Shown here: piece after piece, positions 37,839 to 50,628 of the stretch
Layout: the number at the start of each line of letters is the position of its first letter
Position numbering within the stretch: position 1 is the stretch's first letter
From: Lama glama
Taxonomy: Eukaryota
DNA length: 64,000 nt
Assembly (NCBI GenBank): GCA_028534125.1
Contig: CM052817.1
Location: forward strand, 62,684,001 to 62,748,000
Reading direction: 5' to 3'
Program-made: the position numbers and the translations under genes
Notes under the pieces: generated by a model
The model's input: the letters and a program-made list of their open reading frames with translations, nothing else
Told to the model about the DNA's origin: nothing
Database searches by the model: none

Positions 37839-38118
37839 TTTTTCTTTGTTGAAGTAGAATTGATTGACAATGTTATGTTAGTTTCCGTGTACAGCATATT
37901 CGTTTAGTTATACATATATATATTCATGTTCTTTATCATTATAGGTTGTTACAAGATATTGACTATAGTTCCCTATGCTAAACAGTAGGACTTTGTTATT
38001 TTATACAGAGATGTAGAAAACAAATGTATGGTTATCAAGCTGGGAAGGGAGGGAGGAGTGATAAATCAAGTATTTGAGGTTTGCAGATACTAACTACTAT
38101 ACATAAAATAAAATAAAA
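37839..38118 (-). mobile_element. Short L1 3' UTR insertion with 5' inversion
   Basis: 37839-38001 is the antisense L1 terminus (poly-T, ttgaagtagaattgattgacaatgtt...atagttccctatgctaaacagtaggac). 38002-38118 is the immediately upstream 3' UTR segment in the opposite orientation. Confidence 0.85.
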
Positions 38119-40831
38119 TCTTATATTTACATTTTTAAGCATTTGAATGTCCCAGAGAATTTTACTGTATTTTCGTACTTGATATGAGCAAGAAGAAAAA
38201 CCAACTATTTCCATAATCATATGTCAACATGTTAATGGGTTATTCTCTAATAGAGTCTTAAGATTTCTGATTCCCAGGTAATTATTTTTAAAATTTTCTT
38301 TTAAGCCTTATTTTAGTACAGGATGTCAGAGAGCATTAGCTATGGGAAGAGAAACGGTATGAGCAAAGTTACTCCATTAGCCAAAGTGAATATGCAATTT
38401 GTTTTCTATATTTTTCATTTCATGAGGGAAAGGGGAAGGTAGCATCCACAGGAAATAGCTAACTACTATTTTTCATAAATAAATGGAAACGAAAGTATTT
38501 TTCTATTTCCTATGAAATTTAGAACAATGACCATATTAAAAGAATACCTTCAGCCTTTTACTTTATATTTTATTCAACAAATTTACATTTGGAAGTTAAC
38601 TCATATTACTAAATGGGCACTTTCTAATCTTCAATTGCTTATTTAATTATGAATTACATCTTGTGGACCTAGGTGAATGTTTAAAAAGAGTTTCTCTTTC
38701 CTAGAATAAAGTTGCTTATATTAGCATATAAGCAAAATAATGACAATGTGTGACAAAAGCTATTCTGAATTAGTCATTTAATTGCTAGATATATAAAATT
38801 GCCAAATGGGAATAAGCCGGTACCACTCAAAGATTTTCTCAAATAACTGAACCAAACAGAAGTTTCTCATCTTGATAAATGGACTCCAATGACCCACATT
38901 TAGGCATTCCCAGTATCTGTGGTTGTTGAAATTTCTTTCATCTATTCTGGAATCTCTCATATATTCACTCCTGTAGACAAGGCCAAGCGTTTATGAGAGG
39001 GCTGGCACTGGAAACAGAGGGGAACTATTGGTCTGAACTGAGAAAAAGTTAAGAAAAGCTCAGTTGAATTTGTGTATTTATTCTCCAAAGCCATGAAACA
39101 GCTTAATTTTAAATATCAAATAAATACCCTCACTTTATATTTCCCACACGCTTGAAGGCTGAAAATAGCGCTCCACGTCAGGGGTCTGCTTTCCATGTCA
39201 CCCTGTCAAACAGTTGCTGCCTTCAGCTATAGCGGTGCTGCAGTCTTGGGAGCGCCATGTCCAAGTTTAATTGACTTCAAAGGACATCCACTCAATGAAA
39301 TGAAACCCTGTGTTGGAAGGAGATTGTCCCAAGGCAAATCAATAAGGTCATTTTAGGGGCTCTAAGTTTGAGAGGTAATCTCTTCTAGTAAATTCTCTCA
39401 TATGCATCCAAAAGCTTTCCACTTTTTTTGTGAAAAGTCTAAGTTCACATTATTGCTTGCTTTCTCTGTGGAGCTAACATTGAGGTGGATAATTTAAGGA
39501 CATTGTTGGCTAACTTTAAATGAGAACCACTGAAATCCACTTTGATTTAAGTAAGAATTTCTTTAAAATGATTGATCCCAAAAATGTTTATGTTGTGATA
39601 AGAGCAATGTTTATGCTCAGTTAGTCTGCAGTAAGTCATTAAAAAATACTGACCTGTTTTTTCTCCCATAGTAGACTATATTTTCCCAAGAAATACATCT
39701 CATATTAATATGACCTTTTCAATTTGCATCATGACAAAATCTCTTATGCCTGATAGCTGGTTCTGATGGATCTTTAAGTATTCATATAGTTGTATACAAA
39801 TCAATGGCTCAAAATATTTGGATGCAAAAAGACTTATAAATTCATAAGTATAAGGTTAGTGATTTGGAGAACAGAACGTTCAGCAGCTGTTAGAGACTCA
39901 TTAGGAGCCATAAAGTGCTTGTGCCGATCACCCTCTAAATACAGCCTATGTTAACATGTAGGAGATTTTGATTAACACGTGCTATTTCAACAAGAGATTT
40001 TATCATACGGTCATCATATCTGTTTATGAGACATTTAAGGAAAGAAAAACTTTAGTAATTCAGATGTCCTTGTGATTCCTCAAAGACAAATTCTTCTTCT
40101 GAGATGGCAGACTTCTTTAAAGGAGCACTACAATGCAATGTTCCTCACAATGAAAATAGCACTTTCTACTTCAGATGTAGTGTTTTGCCCTTGAAGCATA
40201 GGGCTGTCTTATAAAATAAGGACAATGACAAACTTGGCAGTGAGGATACCAGTTTACAGTATCACTGAGCTTCCCCTGCCTTGTTGTCATACTTGATTTC
40301 CTGAAACAAATGAATTACTGGTAAAAAGATTATATTAAGGACATGACAATTGGTGTGCTCCCTGGTGACTTACAAAGCTCATAGGGTTTTGAATAATTTG
40401 ACTGCTGGCTTTGTGAAGAAGCAATCCTCATTGCCAATGTTATTGGCTATCAGAAACACTTTTAGAAATAACATCAAATTTTGCTTTGGTTCTAAAAATA
40501 AGAAAGAATTCAGATAATTACTGGATTTGAATGCTATATTTAAAATCATACCATATCTGAAGAGAAGAGTCATCTCTCTCCCCCCTCATCATACACATCA
40601 TCACTGAAGTAGGACCATCCTCTTCTTATAAAGGAAGATGTGGTCTTTGTTTCATCCATTGTTTCTCACACACAGACAGCCCTGCCCAGGGCATGAAGCT
40701 TCTAGGCTCAGCAGACTGAGTCCTCTGTTGCTCCATCCTTGTGAGCTCGTACTTGCATGTGTCTGGTCAGTCCAGATGTCAACTGTCTCCCTAACTGGGA
40801 CAATGGCTGGTCTGTGCACAGGCACAGAGAG

Positions 40832-41289
40832 GGTATTTGTTTGCTTGGGCTGTCATAACAAAGTACCACAAACTGGATGGCTTTGAACAACAAAAATTTA
40901 CTGTATCACAGTTCTGGAGGCTAGAAGTCTGAAATCAAGGTGTCAGCAGAGCCAAGCTCCCTCTGAAATTCTGGAGAGAATCTTCCCTTGCTTCTTCCTA
41001 ACTTCTGATAGTGGCTGACAATCCTTGGCATTCCCCGGCCGTAGCTGTATCTGTCCAATCCCTGCTTCTATCATCACATGGTCAGCTTTACATCATCTTC
41101 CCTCTATGTGTGTCTGTTTAAATTTCCCTTTTTCACAAGGACATCAGTCATGCTGGATTAGGGTCTACCATCATTACCTTATCTTAGGTTAGTTAAATCT
41201 GCAAAGACTTCCAGATAAGGACACATTTTGAGTTATTGGAGGTTAGGACTTCGACAGATCTTTTGCAGAGTACAATTCAGCCCATACCA
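40832..41289 (-). mobile_element. MLT1C-type MaLR solo LTR, near full length
   Basis: gggctgtcataacaaagtaccacaaactggatggc...cacagttctggaggctagaagtctgaaatcaaggtgtcagcag...acaattcagcccatacca. Near-TSD gagag (40827-40831) / gagac (41290-41294). Confidence 0.92.
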
Positions 41290-43639
41290 GAGACTACAGT
41301 TTGCTCATGTTTTTAAAATTACTTTTAGGGGTGAGGAATATACTCTGAGACATAAAGAGCAGAAAGAAGAAATTTTGGTTTGTTTGTTTCCATATTTTGT
41401 TTGGTAGGGAGACTTTGGTGTCTTTAGTTTGCACTATTAACATTCTTTTAAATCCACATTATTTAGTTTATGGTTTGGCAAATAATAGGAATTCTCATCC
41501 TTGTCATAATATTGATTATTAAATTCCTATCATAATATATGTGATGAAATCAGCAAAGCACCTGCTACTTGCTCCATCTCAGGGGACATTTAAACAGGAC
41601 AGGAGGTCAAAACAGTCAGGCTTTAAGATTTCTTTCCCCATCATTTTCTTTATATATATCTCAAATGTTCAGTCTTTAAAGTATATTTTTTCCTTAGCCA
41701 TTTCACCTCTGCCTTCTGTGCTTCCTTTTACCAAGTCCCAGAGCTTTGAATTGTGTTGATTTATTCTGGGAAACAACAGAAAAAGCATTTCACTTTACAA
41801 CAGCATCTGTCAGGGAATGGAAGTGGTGTTTTTTCTTTCCGTTGGTCCATCTCTGCTTCACTGATATCTGGACGTATTTTGCTGTCACAGAACAGTACCT
41901 GCACACCGAGTAACGTGTCCACGTGCCATAAAAGTCATTTTACCAGAAAGTGCCATTGATTTACTTGTGGCAATACAGGATTCCTTGATTAAGAGTTTGA
42001 CAAATCCACATTGAAGCCGCATAATAAATCAATCTTTTACTGGAAAAGCCTGAGAAGGCGGGTAAGTGAAGATGCTATACATTAATACCTGGGGGAGAGT
42101 CACTAACCTCTGTTCTCTGGTGATCAATCAACTCGGCTGGATTGCACTGACAATGTCTGGAGGTCATCTGGTTAATGAGACAGCCCTGGGAGAGTCCTTT
42201 CCAGGATTACAATGTATCAGTCAATCATTAACACCCATATGAGACACCAAGATCCATTTACTACTTTTAAGAGAAAATCTTGTGAAATATATCCAGAGAA
42301 GATTAATGATTATAAATGGATTACATAAAAAACAATTAAGAAAAAAATATGTCATTGCTTTTAGAGTGCCTTCATTGGGAAGAATTAAAACAAAGTTGGC
42401 CTGAGGTTTTGTTTTGTTTTCCCCAGAGTCCATCTTGAATACACAATTTTATTGTGCCATAGGATAGAAAGATAACAATTGAGATTACATTATTTTTTTT
42501 TAATGGATCAATATTGGAGATACCAACACTGGACTGAGATTGTAGACATTGTTCAAATGTTATCAACAGAACATGGCTGTTTGGAGATTATCTCAGGAAT
42601 GCCTGTACTTCAGAAACATAAAAAATAAACTTCAAAAAAAGAGAAAATATTTATCTTGCATATTTTTTCCTTCTTTTAGGAATCTTACTTTGGCTATTAG
42701 CTGCAAGGATGAATTAAAATACATATGAAAAGTGGAAGGGTTTGGCCAATGCTCATTTAGATTTTGTTTTTAATCTCTGCTAAACATAGCAAATTACTTG
42801 ATTTCTCTCATATAAAATAACAGACATCCTTCATCTTTATATCCTCAGCAACTAGTAAGCAAACACTTAAAAACTTAGTAAAAATAGTTTGATTTCTTTA
42901 TTCTAATTTAAAATGATTAAAATCACACACAAAATTGATATTCAGTACCTCTCTTTCTAAAAAGAAAAAAAAATTATGATTTTTACCCAGTATCATCCAT
43001 TTTATCTGTGACACTGAAGTATAAGTACATATCCTATATGAATGTATATTTACATATAACTGACGGGCTGATGAAAAATACTGAAGACTTTTGTAGCTAT
43101 TAATATATGAGTTTTTGTCAGAGTTGTTTGCTGATTTTCCATTTTTTCCTTCCTCTCAACATACTTACATGACATACTTAAGAATTTCTGGCTCTGTATT
43201 ACATTTATCTGTTTATAAATCTACCCCCCCAATATAATTTAAGTTTCCAGAGAGCACTGATATTATCATGCTCATTTAAACAGAAGTGACTTGGAAATAA
43301 TCATAATTCATATATGGTAATATTTTTTGCACATTGAAATGGTTTATAAAATACAGCTGAATTCATAGTTTTAGCAATGTTTACTGCACTTAAAATATTT
43401 TTGCAGGAGGCTTCTGTTTTAGCGATATCACTTACAATTACTAAGTCATGAACGAACCTTAAGTTTTATAACTTTGAGGAGTTCTTAAGAGAAGCCTTTT
43501 GAAAATGCTTTCTCTTGGAGATAAAGAGTGAATTGCTTTTTATTTATTAAGCTTGTGATTTTTGTGTGCCTATTTTAGATTTCTGTAGGCAATACTTAAC
43601 CTAAAACTGACCTAATAATCCTACATGTCACACAGTCTC

Positions 43640-44238
43640 TGTAGCAGGTCTGTTTGTCCGAAGATGGCTTCACCAATATCAACAAGCACACAGGTTCTTC
43701 TTCCATGTGACTTTGCCACTCCCCATCAGGTGGCAAACTCCAACCGCCTTCCCCTTGCATCTGGTGTGGCCTTCCTAACTCAACTGTATCAGTAGAATGT
43801 AGTGGAAGTGATGCTTCATGCTTTCCAAGGCTAGGTCAGAGGAAGTCTTGCAGCTCCTGCCTCAATCTTTCGGAATCCGCGTTGTTTCCTCTTGGGATGC
43901 TTCCTCCCAGAATTCCCCTGGCATGCTTTGAGAAACCTCAACCGCATGGGGGTTGGGCAGGCATTACGGCCTACAGTCCCAGCTGAGCGGGCCTGCAAGT
44001 TATCACAGCACAGTAGTCAGACATGTTAGTGAAAAAGCCTCCAGAAAACACCGGTTCCCAGTTATCGAAGACACTGGGCATCTCCAGATGTTTCAGTGTG
44101 CTGCTAAGGTCCTAAACACTGTGGACTAGAAATAAGCCAACTCACTGAGCCTTTGTAGAACTCCTGACTGACAGAATCCATTTCTGTGATACTGCTCTAT
44201 TTGGGTGGTTTATTACACATTTATTGAGAATTGGAACA
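43640..44238 (+). mobile_element. MLT1G/H-type MaLR solo LTR
   Basis: TG...CA ends, with agtagaatgtagtggaagtgatgc...ttccaaggctaggtcaga...cagacatgttagtgaaaaagcctccaga...actcctgactgacagaatcc. Confidence 0.85.
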
Positions 44239-44602
44239 CTCAATAAATTAATAAATGATATTCTCAGATAACTACTTCTGTGAAATATTAAATATAATTT
44301 AATGGACTATTTCTACAGTCATGTGTGAGATTTTTTAATATATTAAAAACAAAATGTTGGCTACATAATGTTGTGGAAAACATGTAAAAAATACAATGGG
44401 AAATATAGTGTTACATCATTATGACCATATTAAACAAAATAAATCATAATTAGATGAACTAATACCCTGGCCAGGATATTTAACCTTGTTCTTTATAAAA
44501 ATGATACTAAATATATAATCTGAACTCAAGTCATTTAAAGCCTTAAACTCTCACAGCTCATTAAAATAATGAGCAACGTATTATTTTAAAAATAACAGGT
44601 TT

Positions 44603-44688
44603 GGAGGGGTGTATAGCTCAGTGGTAGAGCAAGTGCTTAGCATGTACGAGCCTAGGTTCAATCCCTAGCACTTCCATTAAAAAAAAAA
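44603..44688 (+). mobile_element. tRNA-Ala(AGC)-derived SINE (camelid vic-1-like)
   Basis: ggaggggtgtatagctcagtggtagagcaagtgcttagcatgtacgagcctaggttcaatccctagcacttcca plus A tail. A box 44614-44624, B box 44655-44665. Degenerate 15-bp TSD aaaaataacaggttt (44588-44602) / aaaaaaaacagcttt (44681-44695). Confidence 0.88.
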
Positions 44689-44959
44689 CAGCTTTATATA
44701 TATTTAAGCATGCTTTCTTTTGATTTTCTATATTTACTGTCTGGTTTATTTACTTAGTTATATAAAGATTGATGTACTTAATGTACTACTGAGGTTTTCT
44801 CAAAGAAATGAAGGCTTCTCTCCCAATTTCAGTTGTGTTTTCTTTAATTTAGAGAGGTCCACAGTTATTTTTATTCTTAAACACGGATGCTATAGATTGA
44901 TTGTGAGAAGACTGATCACATAACCATTTTCATTCCAAATTCATATAAATACTGGCAGA

Positions 44960-45215
44960 AAGCAATAGCAATAGTAAACATTTAAACAGTGTAGGTTATC
45001 ATCCAAGCATCTTTCCAAGTGTTTAGAGAGCATTACAAGATTCCTATAACAACAGGGAAACCATAATATGGTGCTCTTTTTATCTTTCTATTTTACAGAC
45101 GAGGAAAGTGAGGCATAGTGTACCTCAGTGCACTCAACTAGTAAGTGTTGGGGCTGGGATTTAAATACAAGCCATCTGGCTCCGGAGACAGAGCTCTTAA
45201 GCTCTACCCTCTATA
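44960..45215 (-). mobile_element. MIR SINE (partly duplicated after the gap)
   Basis: tattttacagacgaggaaagtgaggcatag...ctagtaagtgttggggctgggatttaaatacaagccatctggctcc. Confidence 0.9.
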
Positions 45216-45268
45216 GATCCTGCAGAGGTAGAAAAACAAAGCAGGAAATGAGCTGGTTAGAAGTTAAC

Positions 45269-45768
45269 NNNNNNNNNNNNNNNNNNNNNNNNNNNNNNNN
45301 NNNNNNNNNNNNNNNNNNNNNNNNNNNNNNNNNNNNNNNNNNNNNNNNNNNNNNNNNNNNNNNNNNNNNNNNNNNNNNNNNNNNNNNNNNNNNNNNNNNN
45401 NNNNNNNNNNNNNNNNNNNNNNNNNNNNNNNNNNNNNNNNNNNNNNNNNNNNNNNNNNNNNNNNNNNNNNNNNNNNNNNNNNNNNNNNNNNNNNNNNNNN
45501 NNNNNNNNNNNNNNNNNNNNNNNNNNNNNNNNNNNNNNNNNNNNNNNNNNNNNNNNNNNNNNNNNNNNNNNNNNNNNNNNNNNNNNNNNNNNNNNNNNNN
45601 NNNNNNNNNNNNNNNNNNNNNNNNNNNNNNNNNNNNNNNNNNNNNNNNNNNNNNNNNNNNNNNNNNNNNNNNNNNNNNNNNNNNNNNNNNNNNNNNNNNN
45701 NNNNNNNNNNNNNNNNNNNNNNNNNNNNNNNNNNNNNNNNNNNNNNNNNNNNNNNNNNNNNNNNNNNN
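45269..45768. other. Assembly gap of 500 N flanked by an exact 199-bp duplication
   Basis: 45070-45268 is identical to 45769-45967. Confidence 0.97.
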
Positions 45769-48700
45769 GGTGCTCTTTTTATCTTTCTATTTTACAGACG
45801 AGGAAAGTGAGGCATAGTGTACCTCAGTGCACTCAACTAGTAAGTGTTGGGGCTGGGATTTAAATACAAGCCATCTGGCTCCGGAGACAGAGCTCTTAAG
45901 CTCTACCCTCTATAGATCCTGCAGAGGTAGAAAAACAAAGCAGGAAATGAGCTGGTTAGAAGTTAACGGACACTCCAGTTAACATGCATTCAGAACGTTT
46001 GTATATTTTCTTGCAATCATTTTAGCTTTGATGTTATGCTATACCTTAGAAATTCAACAGTTGAACTGATTTATGGTTAAAAAAAAAAAAGGAAAGAAAG
46101 AAAGAAAAGAAATTGAAGCCAGAGGGCATCTTGCTTATATAAAAGAAAACAGAAATTCTCCTTTGTTTTTATGTCTTTCTACAAATCCTACTTAATATAG
46201 TGAAGAATAGAATTAATGTTACATTGCAAGGGACAAAGCAACCCAGGAGACAGAAGGTATCCAGTTTAGCATCTAAATGAGAGGCAGCTATGCTTTGGAA
46301 ACACAAGCGTGTATCACCATGACCTGCCTGATATGCACAATTCAACACCTCACAGCGTGCACAACTGAACTTCTTTCTAACTGGTCCCACTCCATATGCA
46401 CTTCACCTTGTACACGTAGCTTCAATAATTACTGCTTTGTCAACATGTAAAATCTTCATGAAAAGGTTTAAAATAATTGCAATCTGTTAATAGGACTCTA
46501 TCTTTTCATTGCCTGTGCCAACGGCGTTTCTTTATAGTTAATCTTACATCTTTAATGGACAGTATAAAATGCTATGTTCAGAAAAATGACCACTTTTACT
46601 ATTCACTTTTTTAAAAAAATTGAATTTGTAGCTAATTCCCGCAACTTCAGAAGAAAGGAAATGACTAATGCTATTAAATCAAAGCCTTATCTTTAAAGCT
46701 AATTATGTGAAGCCAAGGTATGAATATCATTGTTAACATCTTCACTCTATCAATCTGGCTGAATATTTTTAAAAATTTATTTGATGATTACAGATTTCTC
46801 TCCCTACGTCTCTCAGCCTTCCCCCAAATTCATCAGTTTCTTCTACCCTCCTCCCACACCACCCCTACTTTTACTGTAAACCTTTCTTTGAAGGAAAGAA
46901 AAAAGCCTGTAAGACTTGATTAGATCATTTGAGGACTACTTTGGTTTCCAGAAGTCAGAATTGACCCCTGAAGTTATTAACCACACCATCAAACCTCCAG
47001 AAACGGACAGTAATGTGCCTCAGTGCAGGATCTGATTCAAGCTTACTCCAGCAGGCATTTCCCCTTTCGTTCCTTCTCTTCCTTTCCTCTTTTCACTGAG
47101 AGTGCTGTGAGCTACCTGAACTCGCTGCAACTCTTCCAAATCCTGGTGATTATTCTTGGAGTATCACCTGCACAAACTTCACCCAGTTATAAGAAACTCA
47201 GATATCTTTCTTTCCTTCTTAACTTTCCATGTGTTCCTTTTGACACTGTTATTTTAAAGCAGTTTGTGCTAAAACACAAAAGGGACTTGACAGATGTTTG
47301 AGGAAGACAATGACTCTATATCACAGACAAAACCGGAGAGACCTATATTTGTTAGCAGAGATGCTGTGGGAAAAGATTATGATAAATAAGGTCATCTAAA
47401 GCTTAGATGTGGGAACACTCAATCTGGGCACGCACTTCGTGAGATTTATAGTGCAAGTGGAGTTGGAATGGGGCAGAAAGAGAAGCATTTGGAGAAAACA
47501 GGGAGCATTGGAGTTGGAGTTATCACTGTACTGTTTGGTGATTTAAGATGGAAAAACTGATAAATTAGACTCAGTTCAGAATTATGTGTTATTCTCAGTT
47601 ATCTATGCCAATACATAGTCTATGTCTTTGAAGGAAAACGCACTCAGATTTTATGTGCTAAAAGGAAGAGAGGAACAGGGGATCATATCTTATTGGTAGG
47701 ACTCTGAAATACACCTGTAATAAACTTTTAAACAATGATTTGCTAATTTATTTTCAGCTTATTGCAGAGACACATTGAAGAAATTGAAGCTCAAAAATCT
47801 ATATAATTGGAAGGCTAAAAATAAATAATTGAAGAAAAAATATATTAGAATAATTAAGGCAGGATAAACATACTAAAATTAATGTCATTAAGACCTCTTA
47901 TGTGCCATCAAATGACAAAACAATTTGGCTTTGAATTTTTTAAATGTCAAAGCAAAGCAAGAAACAATCAATGTAACACTCTTAGCTTCTCAGATAAATA
48001 ACTTTTTTCCTTTTTTTGCTGATAAGATATGAGCAGATTTCTCCCATGGAGAAAAGCAGTTTGATGACATCCCCAAGACAGACACTGTATCAAGGTTCAA
48101 GGTACAGTTCAGTAAACAGATGTAGGAAACCTTTGTGTATTATTCCTGCAGTGGATTTTTAAATCTGTTTGTGCTTCTCTAATAGCCCTAAGCCAACTGC
48201 AGGAGTTTTAACATGTGATCATCATTACTTCTTTATACTCTTTTAGGAATTTATGACATTGTTGGAAACCAAAAAGAGTTCTAAGGATTTTCGTTTCAGT
48301 GCTGACCGGGTGTTGGGTGATGGATACAAGGGAAGCAATGCACACAGAGCCTCTGCTTGGGCTCTACTCTTGTTTCTGTGTTTTCTTTCTCACTTACATT
48401 CCCTGACCTGTGTTATCTGACTTAACTGTCACTTGAGTATTTGTTAATACACATTTCTAGTTTAGGTCCCTGACTCAAATATATTTCTGATCTTTTTGGT
48501 CCCAGCTTGTGTCTACCTTTATTTCACTTGTGCAAAATCTTGACACTTCTTAACCCTTTGACATTTGATGATCGCTAAAGTATGGAGGCAGAAATAAAGA
48601 GAAAAAAAAGAAAAAGGAAGAGAAAAAGGACACAAAGAAAAGTCTAAGTTAAAGCAGGTACAGGAAGAAGAGCCCTACTGCCATCCAATTTATCTACTCC

Positions 48701-49199
48701 ACACTAGCTAACCTGGGAGACTAAAGGAAAGAGGTTAGATTGTCATGTTGAGTTCATGTCAGTTTCTCTGGAAGCTAGTTATCCTATTTATATTTTAAAA
48801 AGTTATCAGAAATGCACATAATTCTTTATTAAACTAATATACTTTCCAGCGGTAATTTGATTTCCTTTATTTCTTAATAACATTTGGTTAAATCATATAA
48901 GTTGTTCCAGCTATGTAATCGTGTATAATAACAATCAAGTACTATTCATAAGGATTTGCTTTAAAGAAAAGGACAAAAACCAAACAGACCACTACCACCC
49001 CGACAGAAAACTGTACTGAGGAGGAGATATTAAAAATATCAAGTAATCTCAAGTAGATTTAATGATAAAGCAAATTCACTAATGTGGTGGTCATGAAGAG
49101 GCCAGAAACACTCTTTTTTCTAATATGCTAACTTTCAAACTGATTGGACTGTGTATTTCCTTTGAATTTGCATCTTTGACTTTTCTCTTTCATTAACTT

Positions 49200-49706
49200 T
49201 CCAAATGTATGACTGTGACCTCTTCTTACCATCTCTTCCACCATTTCTGTAGTCCAAACTACCATTTTCTCTCTTGAAATACTGCAATAATCTCTGAAAT
49301 GGTCTCCAAACTGTCTCTTCTCCAAACAACAGCAAGGGAGATGATTTTAAACTACAGTGTTATCATGCCAATGAGATAGCACCTCACACCAATCAGAATG
49401 ACCATCATTAAAAAGAACACAAATAACAAATACTGGTGAGGATGTGGAGAAAAGGGAACCTTCCTACACTGGTAGTGGGTATGTAAATTGGTGCAGCCAC
49501 TACAGGAAACAGTATGGAAGGTTTCTCAAAACACTGAAAATAGAACCACTCCATGATCCAGCAGTTCCACTCCTGAGTATATATCCCCCCAAAACAAAAA
49601 CACTAATTCAAAAAGAAACATAGTCATAGCAGCATTATTTACAATGACCAAGATATGGAAGTAACTTCAGTGTCCACGATAGGTGAATGGATAAAGAATT
49701 GGTGTT

Positions 49707-49745
<39 letters not shown>

Positions 49746-50570
49746 TATAAATAAAATGAAATGCTTACTCAGCCATAAAAAATAATAAAATTTTGCCATT
49801 TGCAGCAACATGGATAGACTTAGAGGGCATTACGCTGAGTGAAATCAGTCAGACAGAGAAAGACAAATATGATATTACTTATGTGGAATCTAAAAAATAC
49901 AATAAACTAGTGAGTAAAACAAAAAAGAAACAGACTCACAGATATAGAGAACAAACCAGTAGTCACTAGTGGGGAGAGGGAAGGGGAGGGGCAATATAGG
50001 GGTAGGGGAGAAAAGGGTTATTAGGGTTTGTATAAAATCATGTGTGTGAAACTTTTGAACATTGTAAAGCACTACAGAATATAAAGACTATTTCATTCAT
50101 TAAAAAAAGTGAAGAAACCCAAAGTGACTACAAAAGGAACACCATATTCCACATCGACCCAGAGTAAAGCAGACATGAAACTATAAAAAGGTGCAAAATA
50201 AAAAAATCTATGTATTCATTGTTAAACTAAAAAAATAAAATATAGTGTTATGATGCCAATCTTCTATCCCATAAATTTCAATGACCCATCAGGCTCTCCA
50301 AGATCTGAACCCCTGACACCCCTCTAAACTCATTTTGTGTATCTCACCCCATTGCTCACACTACTCCAACCACACTGGCCTACTTGGTATAGGACAATTT
50401 TAGCCCTTCTTCCTTTGCCTAGATACCACTTCCCCAAGAAAGCCACAGAATTTTCTCCTAAATTTCTTAAAGTATATGCTCAAATGTTACCTTATTAGGA
50501 AGATTTTGCTGCCCCTTCTGACACCCATAACTGTCCTTCCTCCTTTTCCCATTTCTTTTCCTTCAGTTCT
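49200..50570 (+). mobile_element. L2 fragment split by a younger L1
   Basis: gtccaaactaccattttctctcttgaaatactgcaataatctc...acagcaagggagatgattttaaa on the left continues as ...ctctccaagatctgaacccc...actccaaccacactggcctac...gctcaaatgttacc on the right. Confidence 0.75.
49373..50108 (+). mobile_element. 5'-truncated L1 (ORF2 cysteine-rich end plus 3' UTR)
   Basis: gagatagcacctcacaccaatcagaatgaccatcattaaaaag...gaggatgtggagaaaagggaacc...gcagcaacatggatagacttagagggcatta...tttcattcattaaaaaaa, with (TA)n at ~49709-49750. Confidence 0.95.
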
Positions 50571-50628
50571 TCCTATATTTTTAAATGTGAACTATGCTCT
50601 CAAACATACCAAAGAATGTTTGGAAAAA

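Noticed and set aside
43723..43738. Weaker CTCF-like motifs here and at ~30731 and ~60353
   Set aside because: Two or more mismatches to the core; expected by chance.
44603..44676. Functional tRNA-Ala gene
   Set aside because: Stem mismatches, variable-loop deletion, A tail and TSD, with no proper T-run terminator, indicate a SINE.
45128..45817. 229-aa ORF
   Set aside because: Open only because it runs through 500 Ns; the flanks are MIR-derived and duplicated.
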